DNA of 64,000 nucleotides from an uncultured Gemmatimonadota bacterium (GTDB lineage: Bacteria > JAAXHH01): assembly GCA_951812955.1 (NCBI GenBank), contig OX638340.1, positions 1,472,001 to 1,536,000 of the forward strand. The letters run 5' to 3'. The translations under genes were made by a program, and so were the position numbers. A model generated the notes under the pieces. It worked only from the letters and a program-made list of their open reading frames with translations, searched no databases and was not told where the DNA came from. Shown piece by piece: positions 45,783-55,412 of this stretch. Every line of letters starts with the position of its first letter. Position 1 is the stretch's first letter.

Positions 45783-46901
45783 ATGAAACCAGACACGCTG
45801 CTGGTCCACGCGGGAGGCGGCCTGGAACCCGACTCGGGCGCCGTCGCGCCTTCCATACACCTCTCGACCACCTTCGAACACACGCCGGAGGGCGAAGCGA
45901 CGCACGACCATGTCTATATCCGGATGGGCAACCCGACCCAGGACCGGCTGGAGGAGGCTTTGGCGGTCATCGAGGATGGCGGGAAATCGCTGGTCTATGC
46001 GTCGGGCATGGCGGCGGTAACGGGCTGCATGCAGGTGCTCCCTCCGGGCGCCCACGTCCTGATGCACAAAGACGTGTACAGCGTTACCCGCGCGATCGGG
46101 AAGGAACTCCTGCCGAACTGGAACATCGAGGTAAGTGAAGTGGACATGACCGACCTCGACGCGATCCGGCGCGCCACGCGGCCCAATACGGAGATGCTCT
46201 GGGCGGAGACCCCTTCGAATCCGGCCATGGACGTCATCGACATCGGCGCGGTGGCCGATATCGCACACGGCGCCGGCGCCCTGCTTGCCGTAGACAACAC
46301 CTTCGCCACTCCGGTGGTTCAGCGGCCCCTTCAGCACGGCGCCGATATCGCCATGCATTCCATGACCAAGTACCTGGGCGGGCATAGCGACGTGCAGGGC
46401 GGCGCCCTCGTGTTTCGGGAAGACGGAGACCGGGTCGAACGGGCGCGGCGCGTGCGGACGATCACAGGCGGAGTGCTCTCGCCATTCAACGCATGGCTGG
46501 TCCTGCGCGGACTGCGCTCCCTCGGTTGCCGCATGGCGCGCCACGTCGCCAACGCGGAGGCCATTGCCGCGGCGCTCGCCGGTCATCCGGGGATCGAGGG
46601 CGTCGACTATCCCGGCCTGCCCGAACATCCGGGACACGCCGTCGCGTCGCGTCAGATGGATGGGTACGGCGGCATGCTTTCCTTGCGGATAAAGGGCACG
46701 CGGGAAGACGCGCTACGGGTCGTAAGCCGGGTCAGGCTGATGCGAAACGCCACGAGCCTGGGTGGGGTCGAAAGCCTGATCGAACACCGGCAGTCCATCG
46801 AGGGACCCGGATCGGTTACGGCGCCCAACCTCCTCCGGCTGTCCACCGGTCTGGAAGCTGCCGAGGATCTAATCGACGATCTGGTACAGGCGCTGGAATG
46901 A
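45783..46901 (+). CDS. Cys/Met-metabolism PLP enzyme (cystathionine gamma-synthase / beta-lyase / methionine gamma-lyase family)
   Basis: YIRMGNPTQDRLEEALAVIEDGGKSLVYASGMAA ... HSMTKYLGGHSDVQGGALV. TK is the PLP lysine. Confidence 0.9.
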   Translation: MKPDTLLVHAGGGLEPDSGAVAPSIHLSTTFEHTPEGEATHDHVYIRMGNPTQDRLEEALAVIEDGGKSLVYASGMAAVTGCMQVLPPGAHVLMHKDVYSVTRAIGKELLPNWNIEVSEVDMTDLDAIRRATRPNTEMLWAETPSNPAMDVIDIGAVADIAHGAGALLAVDNTFATPVVQRPLQHGADIAMHSMTKYLGGHSDVQGGALVFREDGDRVERARRVRTITGGVLSPFNAWLVLRGLRSLGCRMARHVANAEAIAAALAGHPGIEGVDYPGLPEHPGHAVASRQMDGYGGMLSLRIKGTREDALRVVSRVRLMRNATSLGGVESLIEHRQSIEGPGSVTAPNLLRLSTGLEAAEDLIDDLVQALE

Positions 46902-46935
46902 GGTTGCGGTTCGCTGAACCAACGGAACGGCGGGG

Positions 46936-47244
46936 CTACTCGTCAGGCTGGCAGCTTCCGCACGGGGCGTATTCCTCCACCGCCTTGTCGATGGCGATGG
47001 CCTTGGTATTGCCGTTCAGGAAGCGGCAGTCGGACCGGTGGTACTTCGATCCCCCATCGGTGACGTAGACGATAGGTATGTCGGTATCCCGCTCGGAATT
47101 CGAGGGCCAGAACCTGTTGTTGACGGTCAGTTCGATACCCTTGTCGAGCAGTTCTTCCACCATCGCCCGGATCAGTCTGCGTTTCCGCCAGGTGAGGGCA
47201 GTGAGCGCCGCCGTGGTGGCGACGGCAATAATCAGTCTTAGCAT
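46936..47244 (-). CDS. small membrane-anchored protein with a C-terminal YH-x3-C ... PCGSC Cys/His motif
   Basis: N-terminal TM helix, then GGSKYHRSDCRFLNG ... EEYAPCGSCQP, which looks like a zinc ribbon. Confidence 0.4.
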   Translation of the reverse strand: MLRLIIAVATTAALTALTWRKRRLIRAMVEELLDKGIELTVNNRFWPSNSERDTDIPIVYVTDGGSKYHRSDCRFLNGNTKAIAIDKAVEEYAPCGSCQPDE

Positions 47245-47560
47245 GATTTCCCTTTTTCCTTATTCCTGATATGTCGTTTGACTTCGAGAACGGACCAATC
47301 AACGAACTGCATCGCCAGCGAGCCGGAATAGCCAACGTAGGGCGCCTGGTTCGCCGGGTTGCGGATAACAATCTCAATATAACGAACACGACCCTCGCAG
47401 ACAAGCGGGGAATATACCGGGCAGGCGCGATTCCGCCGTCTCCGGAGCCTTGACAGGGCGTCGCCCGCTCCATATTATAAGTCGTTCTGATTTACCCGTT
47501 TATGTACGTCGTTCTTCAGGTTTCAACTTAAGCCGGATACTAAGACACATTGGAGCGATC

Positions 47561-48829
47561 ATGTCAAAGATCAGACTGGGATTGGTGGGCTGCGGCGGCA
47601 TGGGCCACCGGCACCTCTACGGCCTGGCGGAACTGCACCGCACCGGGCTTTGCCGATTCGAACCCGTAGTCGCCTGCGACCCCAAAAAGGAGAACGCCGA
47701 ATCCCTCGCGGGTCACGTTGAAAACCTCTTCGGCATACGCCCCGCCGTCGTCGGCAGTCTCGACGAGGTGGACGCCGGAGACCTGCAGGCCGTCGACATC
47801 TGCACCGACCCGCGCCACCATCACACGGTGTGCGCCGATGCGGCGTCGCGGGGATGGGACGTGATGAGCGAAAAACCCATGGGGCTCACGGTGCGCGCCT
47901 GCCGCCTCATGCGCGAAGCCACGGACGGGGCCGGCCGTATCCTATCAGTGGCCGAGAACTACCGGCGCGATCCCGTCAACCGCCTGGGCAAGGCGCTGTT
48001 GGACGCGGGCGTGATCGGCACCCCACGCTACATGGTGCACAACACCGCGGGCGGCGAGAACAAGATGATGATCACCGTTTGGCGGCACCTGAAGAACGTG
48101 AGCGGCCTGCTCCTCGACGTGGGCGTCCACTTCGCCGACATCCTGGAGTATTTCATGGGGCCGGTGTCGGACATCTACGCCCAGACGCGGCTGCACGAAA
48201 AGATCCGGTACAACCAGATGGCGGGCAAGGACCCTGCGAAAGAGACCGGCAATTCGCCGGCCGGCGTGTACGAGCATTGGCAGGCCGAGATGCCGGCAGA
48301 ATTCGAAGTGACGGCCGAGGACGCGGCCTATGCGACCCTGACCTTCCAGAGCGGCGCCGTCTGCCAGTACCTGGAAGAACACGCGACATTCGGCAAGGGA
48401 TTCTGGCACCGGGGGATTTACGGTTCATCCGGTTCCATGGAACTGCCGGGGGACCGTTCAGGCCAGCCGCTGACCATAGTCCGCGACGGCGAGATCCTGA
48501 AGGGTGAAGGCCTGCTCGAACTCGTGCCGGACTTCTGCCTGGACGAGGCGACGGCCGCTCTCTTCGGGGGAGACCGACTCTGGAACTACGATTTTCCCTT
48601 CCCCGAGACGGACCGCAAGATCATCGCCATCGAGTACGCCGACTTCGCGCAAGCCATCGACGAAGGCCGACAGCCCGAGGTCGACGGCTACATGGGCATG
48701 CGTTCGGTCGCCGTCTCCTACGGCATCATGGAATCGGGCCAGGCGGGCAGGGCGGTCACCATGGACGAGATCATGGCGGACGACACCAATGGCTACCAGC
48801 AGGAAATCAACGACAGCCTGGGTATCTGA
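47561..48829 (+). CDS. Gfo/Idh/MocA-family oxidoreductase
   Basis: IRLGLVGCGGMGHRHL ... EKPM. GGAG lies 7 nt before ATG 47561. The track ORF starts earlier at 47450. Confidence 0.8.
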   Translation: MSKIRLGLVGCGGMGHRHLYGLAELHRTGLCRFEPVVACDPKKENAESLAGHVENLFGIRPAVVGSLDEVDAGDLQAVDICTDPRHHHTVCADAASRGWDVMSEKPMGLTVRACRLMREATDGAGRILSVAENYRRDPVNRLGKALLDAGVIGTPRYMVHNTAGGENKMMITVWRHLKNVSGLLLDVGVHFADILEYFMGPVSDIYAQTRLHEKIRYNQMAGKDPAKETGNSPAGVYEHWQAEMPAEFEVTAEDAAYATLTFQSGAVCQYLEEHATFGKGFWHRGIYGSSGSMELPGDRSGQPLTIVRDGEILKGEGLLELVPDFCLDEATAALFGGDRLWNYDFPFPETDRKIIAIEYADFAQAIDEGRQPEVDGYMGMRSVAVSYGIMESGQAGRAVTMDEIMADDTNGYQQEINDSLGI

Positions 48830-48844
48830 TATTTGCGTTGAGAC

Positions 48845-48952
48845 AAGGTTGAGGTGCGGCAGGGCCGCCTGAGGCGCGGCAGAGCCGGCTGAGGCAAGGT
48901 TGAGGTGCGGCAGGGCCGGCGGAGGCGCGGTTGAGGTGCGGCAGGGCCGGCA
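48845..48952. repeat. degenerate 20-21-bp tandem repeat x5 ((T)GAGGYGCGGCAGRGCCGGC)
   Basis: Seen in the sequence between the oxidoreductase and the isomerase genes. There are no unique spacers, so it is not CRISPR. Confidence 0.7.
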
Positions 48953-48980
48953 TTCCAGGCGGTCACCGGGACGATCGATC

Positions 48981-49823
48981 ATGAAACTAGGCTATTCCAC
49001 GTGGGGCATGCCCACAGTCGAAATGGACGAAGCGGTGCCCCATCTGGCGGGGTTGGGATATGACGGTATCGAAATCACCGTCATCCCGGGCTATACTACG
49101 GAACTGGGAACGCTGGACACCAAAGAACGGCGGCGGATCCGGGGCCTGTTCGAGCGGCACGGCGTGGAGATGCCCGCCATCGCCGGGCACACCAGCCTCC
49201 TCGATCCCGACGTGCGCCAACACGCTGCCAACATGAGGCGGCTCAAGGATACCGTGGTACTCGCCGCGGACCTGACCATGAACCATCTCGTGCCCTGCCT
49301 GGATACCACGCCCGGCGGCCGGCCGGAGGACTGGCCGGACGTCCGTGACCGCCTGCTGAACGAGGTGGGAGATCTCGTGGACTTCGGCGGGCGCCACGGC
49401 GTGGTCATCGCCATGGAGCCCCACATCGGCTGCTGCCTGTGCGACGTGGAGCGGACCCTCTGGCTGCTCGATCAGATCGATTCCGAATACCTGAAACTCA
49501 ACTACGACATCAGCCATTTCGACGTGGCCGGCGTACCCACCGCGGAAAGCGTGGCGGCCCTGGCGCCCCACACCATACACACCCACGTAAAGGATCAGCG
49601 AGGCCGGGCGCCGGACTTCGAGTTCCTGATCCCCGGCGAGGGCGATTTCGACTACGTGGAATACCTGGACGCCATGAACGCGGCGGGATACGACGATTAC
49701 ATCACCGTGGAAGTCAGCATGATGGTGCAGCAGCGGGAGGATTACGATCCCCTCGACGCCGCCGCACTGGCCTGCCGCACCCTGGAGGCGGCCTTCGAGG
49801 CGTCCCAGGCGGTCCGGACATAG
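48981..49823 (+). CDS. sugar phosphate isomerase/epimerase (xylose-isomerase-like TIM barrel)
   Basis: Pattern GYDGIEI ... AMEPH ... HVKD. ATG at 48981. Confidence 0.85.
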   Translation: MKLGYSTWGMPTVEMDEAVPHLAGLGYDGIEITVIPGYTTELGTLDTKERRRIRGLFERHGVEMPAIAGHTSLLDPDVRQHAANMRRLKDTVVLAADLTMNHLVPCLDTTPGGRPEDWPDVRDRLLNEVGDLVDFGGRHGVVIAMEPHIGCCLCDVERTLWLLDQIDSEYLKLNYDISHFDVAGVPTAESVAALAPHTIHTHVKDQRGRAPDFEFLIPGEGDFDYVEYLDAMNAAGYDDYITVEVSMMVQQREDYDPLDAAALACRTLEAAFEASQAVRT

Positions 49824-49984
49824 TCTGGACTAGTGATATCCTGGACGGCGCGGTAGCCTGGACGCGCGAAATTTAAAAGTTGTTTGAAGTCTATCGTGGT
49901 ATGTAGGGGTATGTATAGGTATAATACATGATCATTGCACGTAATGATCGTGACGACCATCATCCTTCGAGGAGGCATCAAAGC

Positions 49985-50398
49985 ATGTACGATCCTGTAC
50001 TCGTTGAACCCATGCGCCGGGAACTGACGGACCTGGGCGTGGAAGAGTTGAAGACCGCCGGCGAAGTGGACGACCTGTTGGAGGTGCATGAGGGTACCGC
50101 GCTGGTCGTGGTCAATTCCGTCTGCGGGTGCGCGGCGGCAAATGCCCGGCCGGGCGTCGCCATGGCCCTGCAGAACCGGAAGAAGCCGGACCGGATCACC
50201 ACGGTGTTCGCGGGCATGGACCTGGAGGCCACAAGCAAGGCGCGGGATTACTTCAAGGGTTTTTTCCCGTCATCGCCGCAGATCGCGCTGATGAAGGACG
50301 GCAAGGTGGCGTTCATGCTCGAACGCCATGACATCGAGGGCCGGACGGCACTCGACGTGGCACAGCGTCTGATGATGGCTTTCAACGAACACTGCTGA
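49985..50398 (+). CDS. bacilliredoxin BrxA/YphP family (thioredoxin-like, CGC active site)
   Basis: Near-colinear with B. subtilis YphP: VEPMRRELT ... LVVVNSVCGCAAANARP ... TVFAGMDLEAT ... FPSSPQIALMKDGK ... ERHDIEG ... AFNEHC. GGAGG lies 9 nt before the ATG. Confidence 0.85.
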   Translation: MYDPVLVEPMRRELTDLGVEELKTAGEVDDLLEVHEGTALVVVNSVCGCAAANARPGVAMALQNRKKPDRITTVFAGMDLEATSKARDYFKGFFPSSPQIALMKDGKVAFMLERHDIEGRTALDVAQRLMMAFNEHC

Positions 50399-50412
50399 GC
50401 ACCGGGAAGGAC

Positions 50413-50811
50413 CTACTCCTTCTCGTATTCCGCCGTGCAGACCGTGTGGATGCCGCCCCGGATCCGGTAGTCGGTGCTTACCGTCATGCGGACAGGACGC
50501 ACCGCGGCGACGAGGTCGTCGAGGATTCGGCGCGTGACGTGCTCCTGCACCATCCCGACGGTCCGGTAGGAGAGCAGGTAGTACTTGTAGGACCGCAATT
50601 CGAGGACCTTCTCGTCCGGCACGTAGGAAACGATGATCTCACCGAAGTCGGGAAGCCCCGTCCAGGGGCAGACCGCCGTAAACTCGTCCGTATCGATATC
50701 CACATCGAGGGGATCGCCCTTTGATTCGTAGGGGAAGGTCTCCAGGACCTTGGGGTTGATGGCCTCGGGGCCGTCGAAGTCGAACTGCTTCTGTCGGGGT
50801 TCGATGTTCAT
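50413..50811 (-). CDS. queF: NADPH-dependent 7-cyano-7-deazaguanine reductase (unimodular type)
   Basis: FTAVCPWTGLPDFGEIIVSYVPDEKVLELRSYKYYL is the QueF motif. Length is 132 aa. Confidence 0.85.
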   Translation of the reverse strand: MNIEPRQKQFDFDGPEAINPKVLETFPYESKGDPLDVDIDTDEFTAVCPWTGLPDFGEIIVSYVPDEKVLELRSYKYYLLSYRTVGMVQEHVTRRILDDLVAAVRPVRMTVSTDYRIRGGIHTVCTAEYEKE

Positions 50812-50819
50812 TTAATCCC

Positions 50820-52016
50820 TCACACCCTTCCCGTGATATCCAGCGCGTCCGGATCGATACTGCCGCCCTCCGGGTGGGAGGAAAGCGGCCTGTAGGGCAT
50901 TTCCGTGTAAGAAGTATACGCGACATCCAGCCAGGGCGTTTCAATCCGCCTGTGGCCTTCGTACCGGCTGTTCATCACGGCATCGATGACGCCAGTGACC
51001 AACAGGGTCCGCTCGGGCGGGTAAGGCGGGGTGCCTGACAGGAAGAACTGCTGAATGTTGTGGCATAGATATCCGAAGTGGGCGTGATTCCCCTCCCGGA
51101 CCAGGTTGAAGCAGGCAGCCTGCACCTGTCCGGCGACCCGGGCGGCATAGGCCCAGGTTTCAATATAGCCCCCGAGCATGAGGGTCGTCGTGCGAAGGCC
51201 ATCGTTTCGTTCCACCAGGAAGGCCGCCGGTTCCTTGGCGTGCTCTGTTGGCGAACCCTCGGGCTTGCCTGGTATGGCGTCCAGGGCCGCTTCCATCAGG
51301 TCACGCGACCACTGCCCCTCGTCGCAGGCCCGCCACATCTCGTCGCCTTCCAGGCACTGTACCGAAGCCACGCCCGTCTCACCCCCGCGGCGCCGCTCGA
51401 CCATACACTGCAGCGCCTCCAGGGTGTGATATCCGTATGATTCGATCCCACCGAACCCCACGGTGAGCGCTTCCTCGATATCGGTCTCCAGGTCGTGCTC
51501 AAGCCACGGGTTCCGCCAGGCGAGCGGCAGGGAGGAACCGGCCATCAAGGGGATTTTCAACTCCTCCGCCCGGTTCCACATCCACTGCGCGTCCCTGTAA
51601 TCGTATGCCAGGTGCTTGTCGCTGAATACGGGTACGGAGCGGCCGCTCTCGCCGAAAACGCCGGCGATCTGCTCGAAGAAGAACCGCCTCGGATACATGT
51701 GGCGGTCCCGTTCGTTCCACGGGTAATCGCCGTGCTCCCCAATGAGCAGCACCGCGTCCACCCCGAGACTTTCCCCGCCGGCGTGCAGCGCCCTTCGGAT
51801 GCTCGGGTAGACGGGCACGCCGAACTTCTCGGCCAGTTTCAGGCCGATGTCGTTCTCGAGGACATGGTCGATATAGAGGGATACGACGTCCACTTCGGGA
51901 GCGATGTACCCCTCGTCAACCGACCAGCCCTTCAGGAACTTGGAGACGATGACGTCCGCGTGGGCGCCGGGGTGATAGATGGTGCAGATAGCGGCGACGC
52001 GCAGCCGTTTCGACAT
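50820..52016 (-). CDS. conserved hypothetical protein (398 aa)
   Basis: A long, clean ORF adjacent to the MIPS gene. I recognise no signature. Its N-terminus (RVAAICTIYHPGAHADVIV) hints at a nucleotide-binding fold. Confidence 0.5.
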   Translation of the reverse strand: MSKRLRVAAICTIYHPGAHADVIVSKFLKGWSVDEGYIAPEVDVVSLYIDHVLENDIGLKLAEKFGVPVYPSIRRALHAGGESLGVDAVLLIGEHGDYPWNERDRHMYPRRFFFEQIAGVFGESGRSVPVFSDKHLAYDYRDAQWMWNRAEELKIPLMAGSSLPLAWRNPWLEHDLETDIEEALTVGFGGIESYGYHTLEALQCMVERRRGGETGVASVQCLEGDEMWRACDEGQWSRDLMEAALDAIPGKPEGSPTEHAKEPAAFLVERNDGLRTTTLMLGGYIETWAYAARVAGQVQAACFNLVREGNHAHFGYLCHNIQQFFLSGTPPYPPERTLLVTGVIDAVMNSRYEGHRRIETPWLDVAYTSYTEMPYRPLSSHPEGGSIDPDALDITGRV

Positions 52017-52026
52017 GGATGCTCCC

Positions 52027-53181
52027 TTAGCTCGCGGGGACCGGCTCTTCCACCGGCGCCTCGACGGGAGTCTCCGCGGGCGTTTCGGCGGGCGTTCCGG
52101 TCTTCTCGCCGTATTCCTCGATGAACTCCTCCACCAGGCGGTGGCACACGTCGTCGGCGTACTGCTCGGGCGGGGACTTCATGAAGTAGGACGAGGGACC
52201 GAGCTGGGGTCCGCTGAGGCCGTTGTCCAGGGCCAGCTTGCAGCAGCGCACCGCGTCGATGACCACGCCGGCCGAGTTGGGCGAATCCCAGACTTCCAGC
52301 TTGAGCTCCAGGTTCAGCGGCACGCCGCCGAAGGTCTCGCCTTCCATGCGGATGTGGCACCACTTCCGGTCTTCCAGCCACGGCACGTGATCGCTGGGGC
52401 CCACGTGGATGTTGTCCTCGCCCATGTCGTAGCTGAGCTGGGAAGTGACCGCGTTGGTCTTGCTGATCTTCTTCGACTCGAGCCGCGACCGCTCCAGCAT
52501 GTTGTAGAAGTCGGTGTTACCGCCGAAGTTGAGCTGGTAGGAGCGCAGGACCTTGACGCCGCGGTCCGCGAAGAGGCGGGTCAGCACGCGGTGGGTGATG
52601 GTGGCGCCCACCTGGGACTTGATGTCGTCGCCGATGATAGGCAGGCCGTGCTTGCGGAAACGCTCCGGCCAGTGGCCCGTGCTGGCGATGAAGACCGGGA
52701 CGCAGTTCACGAAACCGCATCCGGCCTGCAGGATCTGCTCCACGTACCATTTGGTGGCTTCCTCGCTGCCCACGGGCAGGTAGCTCACCACCACGTCAGT
52801 CTTCGTGTCCTTGAGCACCTCGACCACGTCGACGGTGTCGCCGTCGTCCTTCTCGATGACCTCGCTCAGGTATTTGCCGAGTCCGTCGTGGGTCATGCCC
52901 CGCTGCACCGGCACGTCCAGGTTCGGCACGTCGGCGAACTTCACCGTGTTGTTGGGTTGGGCGAAGATGGCTTCGCTCAGGTCCTTGCCAACCTTTTCAG
53001 CCCCTACGTCGAAGGCGGCCGAAAACTCCACGTCGTTGATGTGATAACCGCCCAGGCTGGCGTGCATCAGACCGGGTATAAACTCGTCCTTTGCGGCGTT
53101 CCGGTAGTATTCCACACCTTGCACCAGAGATGAGGCACAGTTGCCCACGCCGACTATGGCGACTCTTACTTTGCTGCTCAT
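52027..53181 (-). CDS. ino1: myo-inositol-1-phosphate synthase (bacterial/archaeal MIPS family)
   Basis: [18 protein letters not shown] ... [11 protein letters not shown] ... [15 protein letters not shown] at 53181. The C-terminus has a Pro/Glu-rich tail. Confidence 0.75.
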   Translation of the reverse strand: MSSKVRVAIVGVGNCASSLVQGVEYYRNAAKDEFIPGLMHASLGGYHINDVEFSAAFDVGAEKVGKDLSEAIFAQPNNTVKFADVPNLDVPVQRGMTHDGLGKYLSEVIEKDDGDTVDVVEVLKDTKTDVVVSYLPVGSEEATKWYVEQILQAGCGFVNCVPVFIASTGHWPERFRKHGLPIIGDDIKSQVGATITHRVLTRLFADRGVKVLRSYQLNFGGNTDFYNMLERSRLESKKISKTNAVTSQLSYDMGEDNIHVGPSDHVPWLEDRKWCHIRMEGETFGGVPLNLELKLEVWDSPNSAGVVIDAVRCCKLALDNGLSGPQLGPSSYFMKSPPEQYADDVCHRLVEEFIEEYGEKTGTPAETPAETPVEAPVEEPVPAS

Positions 53182-53467
53182 GAATTCCCCGCTTTCCTTT
53201 CCGACACCGGGCCCGCGCCACGCGCTTCCGGTTAAATGAGACAGATTAAACATCTATGGTCACTGGTACATAAGAAACCTAGAATTCAGTATAACTCAAA
53301 TAAATAATTGTTATATTATCTATAGAAATTATCTATAATTAGGCGGAACGCCCCGCTGCGCCGGTCACGGCTTGGTCCTGGCGTGCAACCAGGAAAAGCA
53401 ATCGACATGAGATCGAACCAGCAACGTGCTGAAAAAGTAAGGAGCGAATACAAAAGGAGTGAACACC

Positions 53468-54400
53468 ATGAACCTGTATTACCTTCAGTACTTCCTGGCG
53501 GTCGCACGGCGCGAGAGTTTCTCGAAAGCGGCGCGGGACATGCACGTCACGCAGCCGACGGTAAGCAACGGCGTACGGGAACTGGAAGACACGTTGGGCG
53601 TGAAGCTGTTCAACCGCGGAAGCCGGCACGTTTCGTTGACCATGGAGGGGAGAGCGCTCGTAAACTACGCCGTTCGCATCCAGGACCTCGTCGAGGAAGC
53701 GGAAAACCGCCTGGCCAGCGGAGACGTCCTGCCCGGCGAGGGATTCACCTTCGGCGCCACCGATGCCGCGGTGACCTACCTGCTCACCGACATCCTGAAG
53801 CGCTACGTGCAGCGGTACCCGGAACTGGAACTGTCCGTCCACGTTTCGCCGTCCCAGTACCTGGTGGAGGAACTGCTGGCCAACCGTTCGGAGTTCGCAC
53901 TGATCACGCTGCCCTATTCCCATCCGAGGATCGAGACCATGTCCATTTACCACGACTCCATGCCGCTCGTGGTCGGCGGCGGCCATCCTTTCGCCGGACT
54001 GACGTCGGTCTCGCTGACGGAGGTCGCGGAGCAGCCGCTGATCCTGTTCCACGAAGATTCCGTGTCGCGACGGATCGTGGACGAACGTTTCGCCGAGGTG
54101 GGCGTTTCTCCGCGCGTCGTCATGGAGATGCGAAGTCCCGAAGCCATGCGAAAGCTTGTGGAAGCCCGCGTGGGCATTTCCTTCCTGCCGTCACTGACGA
54201 TCCAGGAATCGATTGCGTCGGGCACGCTCCACGAGGTCCCCGTGGAGGGCGTCGCGTTCAGCCGCGATATCGGCGTGGCGTGGCGCCGAGGGCGGTACTT
54301 CAGTCCGGCCCTGGGCGTTCTGCTGGAAGATATCTTTGAGCGTTACGGTGAGGGGAAGGCGTGGGCGAAGCGGCAAAACTCCGACCTGGCGACGAATTGA
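53468..54400 (+). CDS. LysR-family transcriptional regulator
   Basis: MNLYYLQYFLAVARRESFSKAARDMHVTQPTVSNGVRELE is a LysR HTH. An AAGGAG ribosome-binding site precedes it. Confidence 0.9.
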   Translation: MNLYYLQYFLAVARRESFSKAARDMHVTQPTVSNGVRELEDTLGVKLFNRGSRHVSLTMEGRALVNYAVRIQDLVEEAENRLASGDVLPGEGFTFGATDAAVTYLLTDILKRYVQRYPELELSVHVSPSQYLVEELLANRSEFALITLPYSHPRIETMSIYHDSMPLVVGGGHPFAGLTSVSLTEVAEQPLILFHEDSVSRRIVDERFAEVGVSPRVVMEMRSPEAMRKLVEARVGISFLPSLTIQESIASGTLHEVPVEGVAFSRDIGVAWRRGRYFSPALGVLLEDIFERYGEGKAWAKRQNSDLATN

Positions 54401-54454
54401 CCGCGATAGAACGGGAACCTGGCGTCGATACGCCCGCGGTCCAGGTGGCGAGGG

Positions 54455-54949
54455 TCAGTCGTAGGCGTTCAGTTCGGCGTCGATCCGGTTACGGTGGCGA
54501 GGGTCGGTCGTAGGCCCGCTCGCGGCAACCGGGGCGGCGCGATTGACTCGTCCGGAACGCCATCGGCGCAGCGTAAAGAAGATGACCCCGGCGCCGGTCA
54601 GGAACATGAGCGGCGTAAAGAGGTAGGCCATCCGGTTGAATCCGGCATTGGGCGGGGAGGAGAGGATGCGTTCCCCGTAGATCGCCTTATAATGGTCCAG
54701 GATATCCTCTTGCGTCTTCCCTTCGACGAGCATCTGACGGAGATCCTCTTTCATTTTCTCCGCCGTGCCGGAGTAGTGCTGACTGAGCGGCGCCCGCCAG
54801 CAGCAGGGCGCGATCAGCCGCTCTTCGACTGCTTCCGCGACCAGTTCCCGGCCTTCGTCCAAGACCGCGTCAACCCTTGCAATGGACGTGCCTGGCATGG
54901 CCAGGATGGCCAGTATTGGAAGTATGAGAAAGAAAGAGGCTCGTCGCAT
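54455..54949 (-). CDS. CcmH/NrfF-like cytochrome c biogenesis protein (atypical)
   Basis: Signal peptide, then LIAPCCWRAPLSQHYSGTAEKMKEDLRQMLVEGKTQEDILDHYKAIYGERIL, which is colinear with the CcmH core. It carries CC where CxxC is expected. A C-terminal TM helix follows. Confidence 0.5.
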   Translation of the reverse strand: MRRASFFLILPILAILAMPGTSIARVDAVLDEGRELVAEAVEERLIAPCCWRAPLSQHYSGTAEKMKEDLRQMLVEGKTQEDILDHYKAIYGERILSSPPNAGFNRMAYLFTPLMFLTGAGVIFFTLRRWRSGRVNRAAPVAASGPTTDPRHRNRIDAELNAYD

Positions 54950-55298
54950 GGGTCCAACCTGTAAGGTAGAGGATCTAGCTTATTGTAACAATGAATCCGG
55001 ACGTCATCAAGCAGTGCTCGTACTTTATTCAGAGGTTCCGATGCAGAAATGCGGGCCGAGCCGAAACGTGCGGCTCAAGTCCTCACTGGATTTACTAATT
55101 AAAATACAAGGTAATGGTTCAGCTGTCAATCCACCTTATCATCCGGATGATATATGTATTAGTAGGATGTTGTCCACTAATCTCGAGTTTTAAACCTGTA
55201 TGCTCAATCCGTCCGAGCAGAACCGGATAGATTGGCGCCGGAACACGCGAATTCCATTGACCTTACAGGCAACGGTCTTCCTTTTCTGTGGCGAAATT

Positions 55299-55366
55299 CA
55301 CGGGACCGCGTAGTTTATCGCGGGATTGCGCAGTTTATCGCGGGACCGCGTAGTTTACCGCGGGAC
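55299..55366. repeat. 20-bp tandem repeat x3.4 (CGCGGGACCGCGTAGTTTAT)
   Basis: Seen 45-115 bp upstream of the MFS::HEAT start. Each unit has an internal near-palindrome. Confidence 0.75.
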
Positions 55367-55412
55367 CGGTCGAGGCCCATAGTAATAAGGACGGCCAACG
55401 GAGCTTCCCATC

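Noticed and set aside
48845-48952. Possible CRISPR array (also considered for 17561-17680 and 55299-55366)
   Set aside because: The units are directly abutted or separated by degenerate copies of themselves. No unique spacers of 25-40 bp are seen, and no cas genes are nearby.
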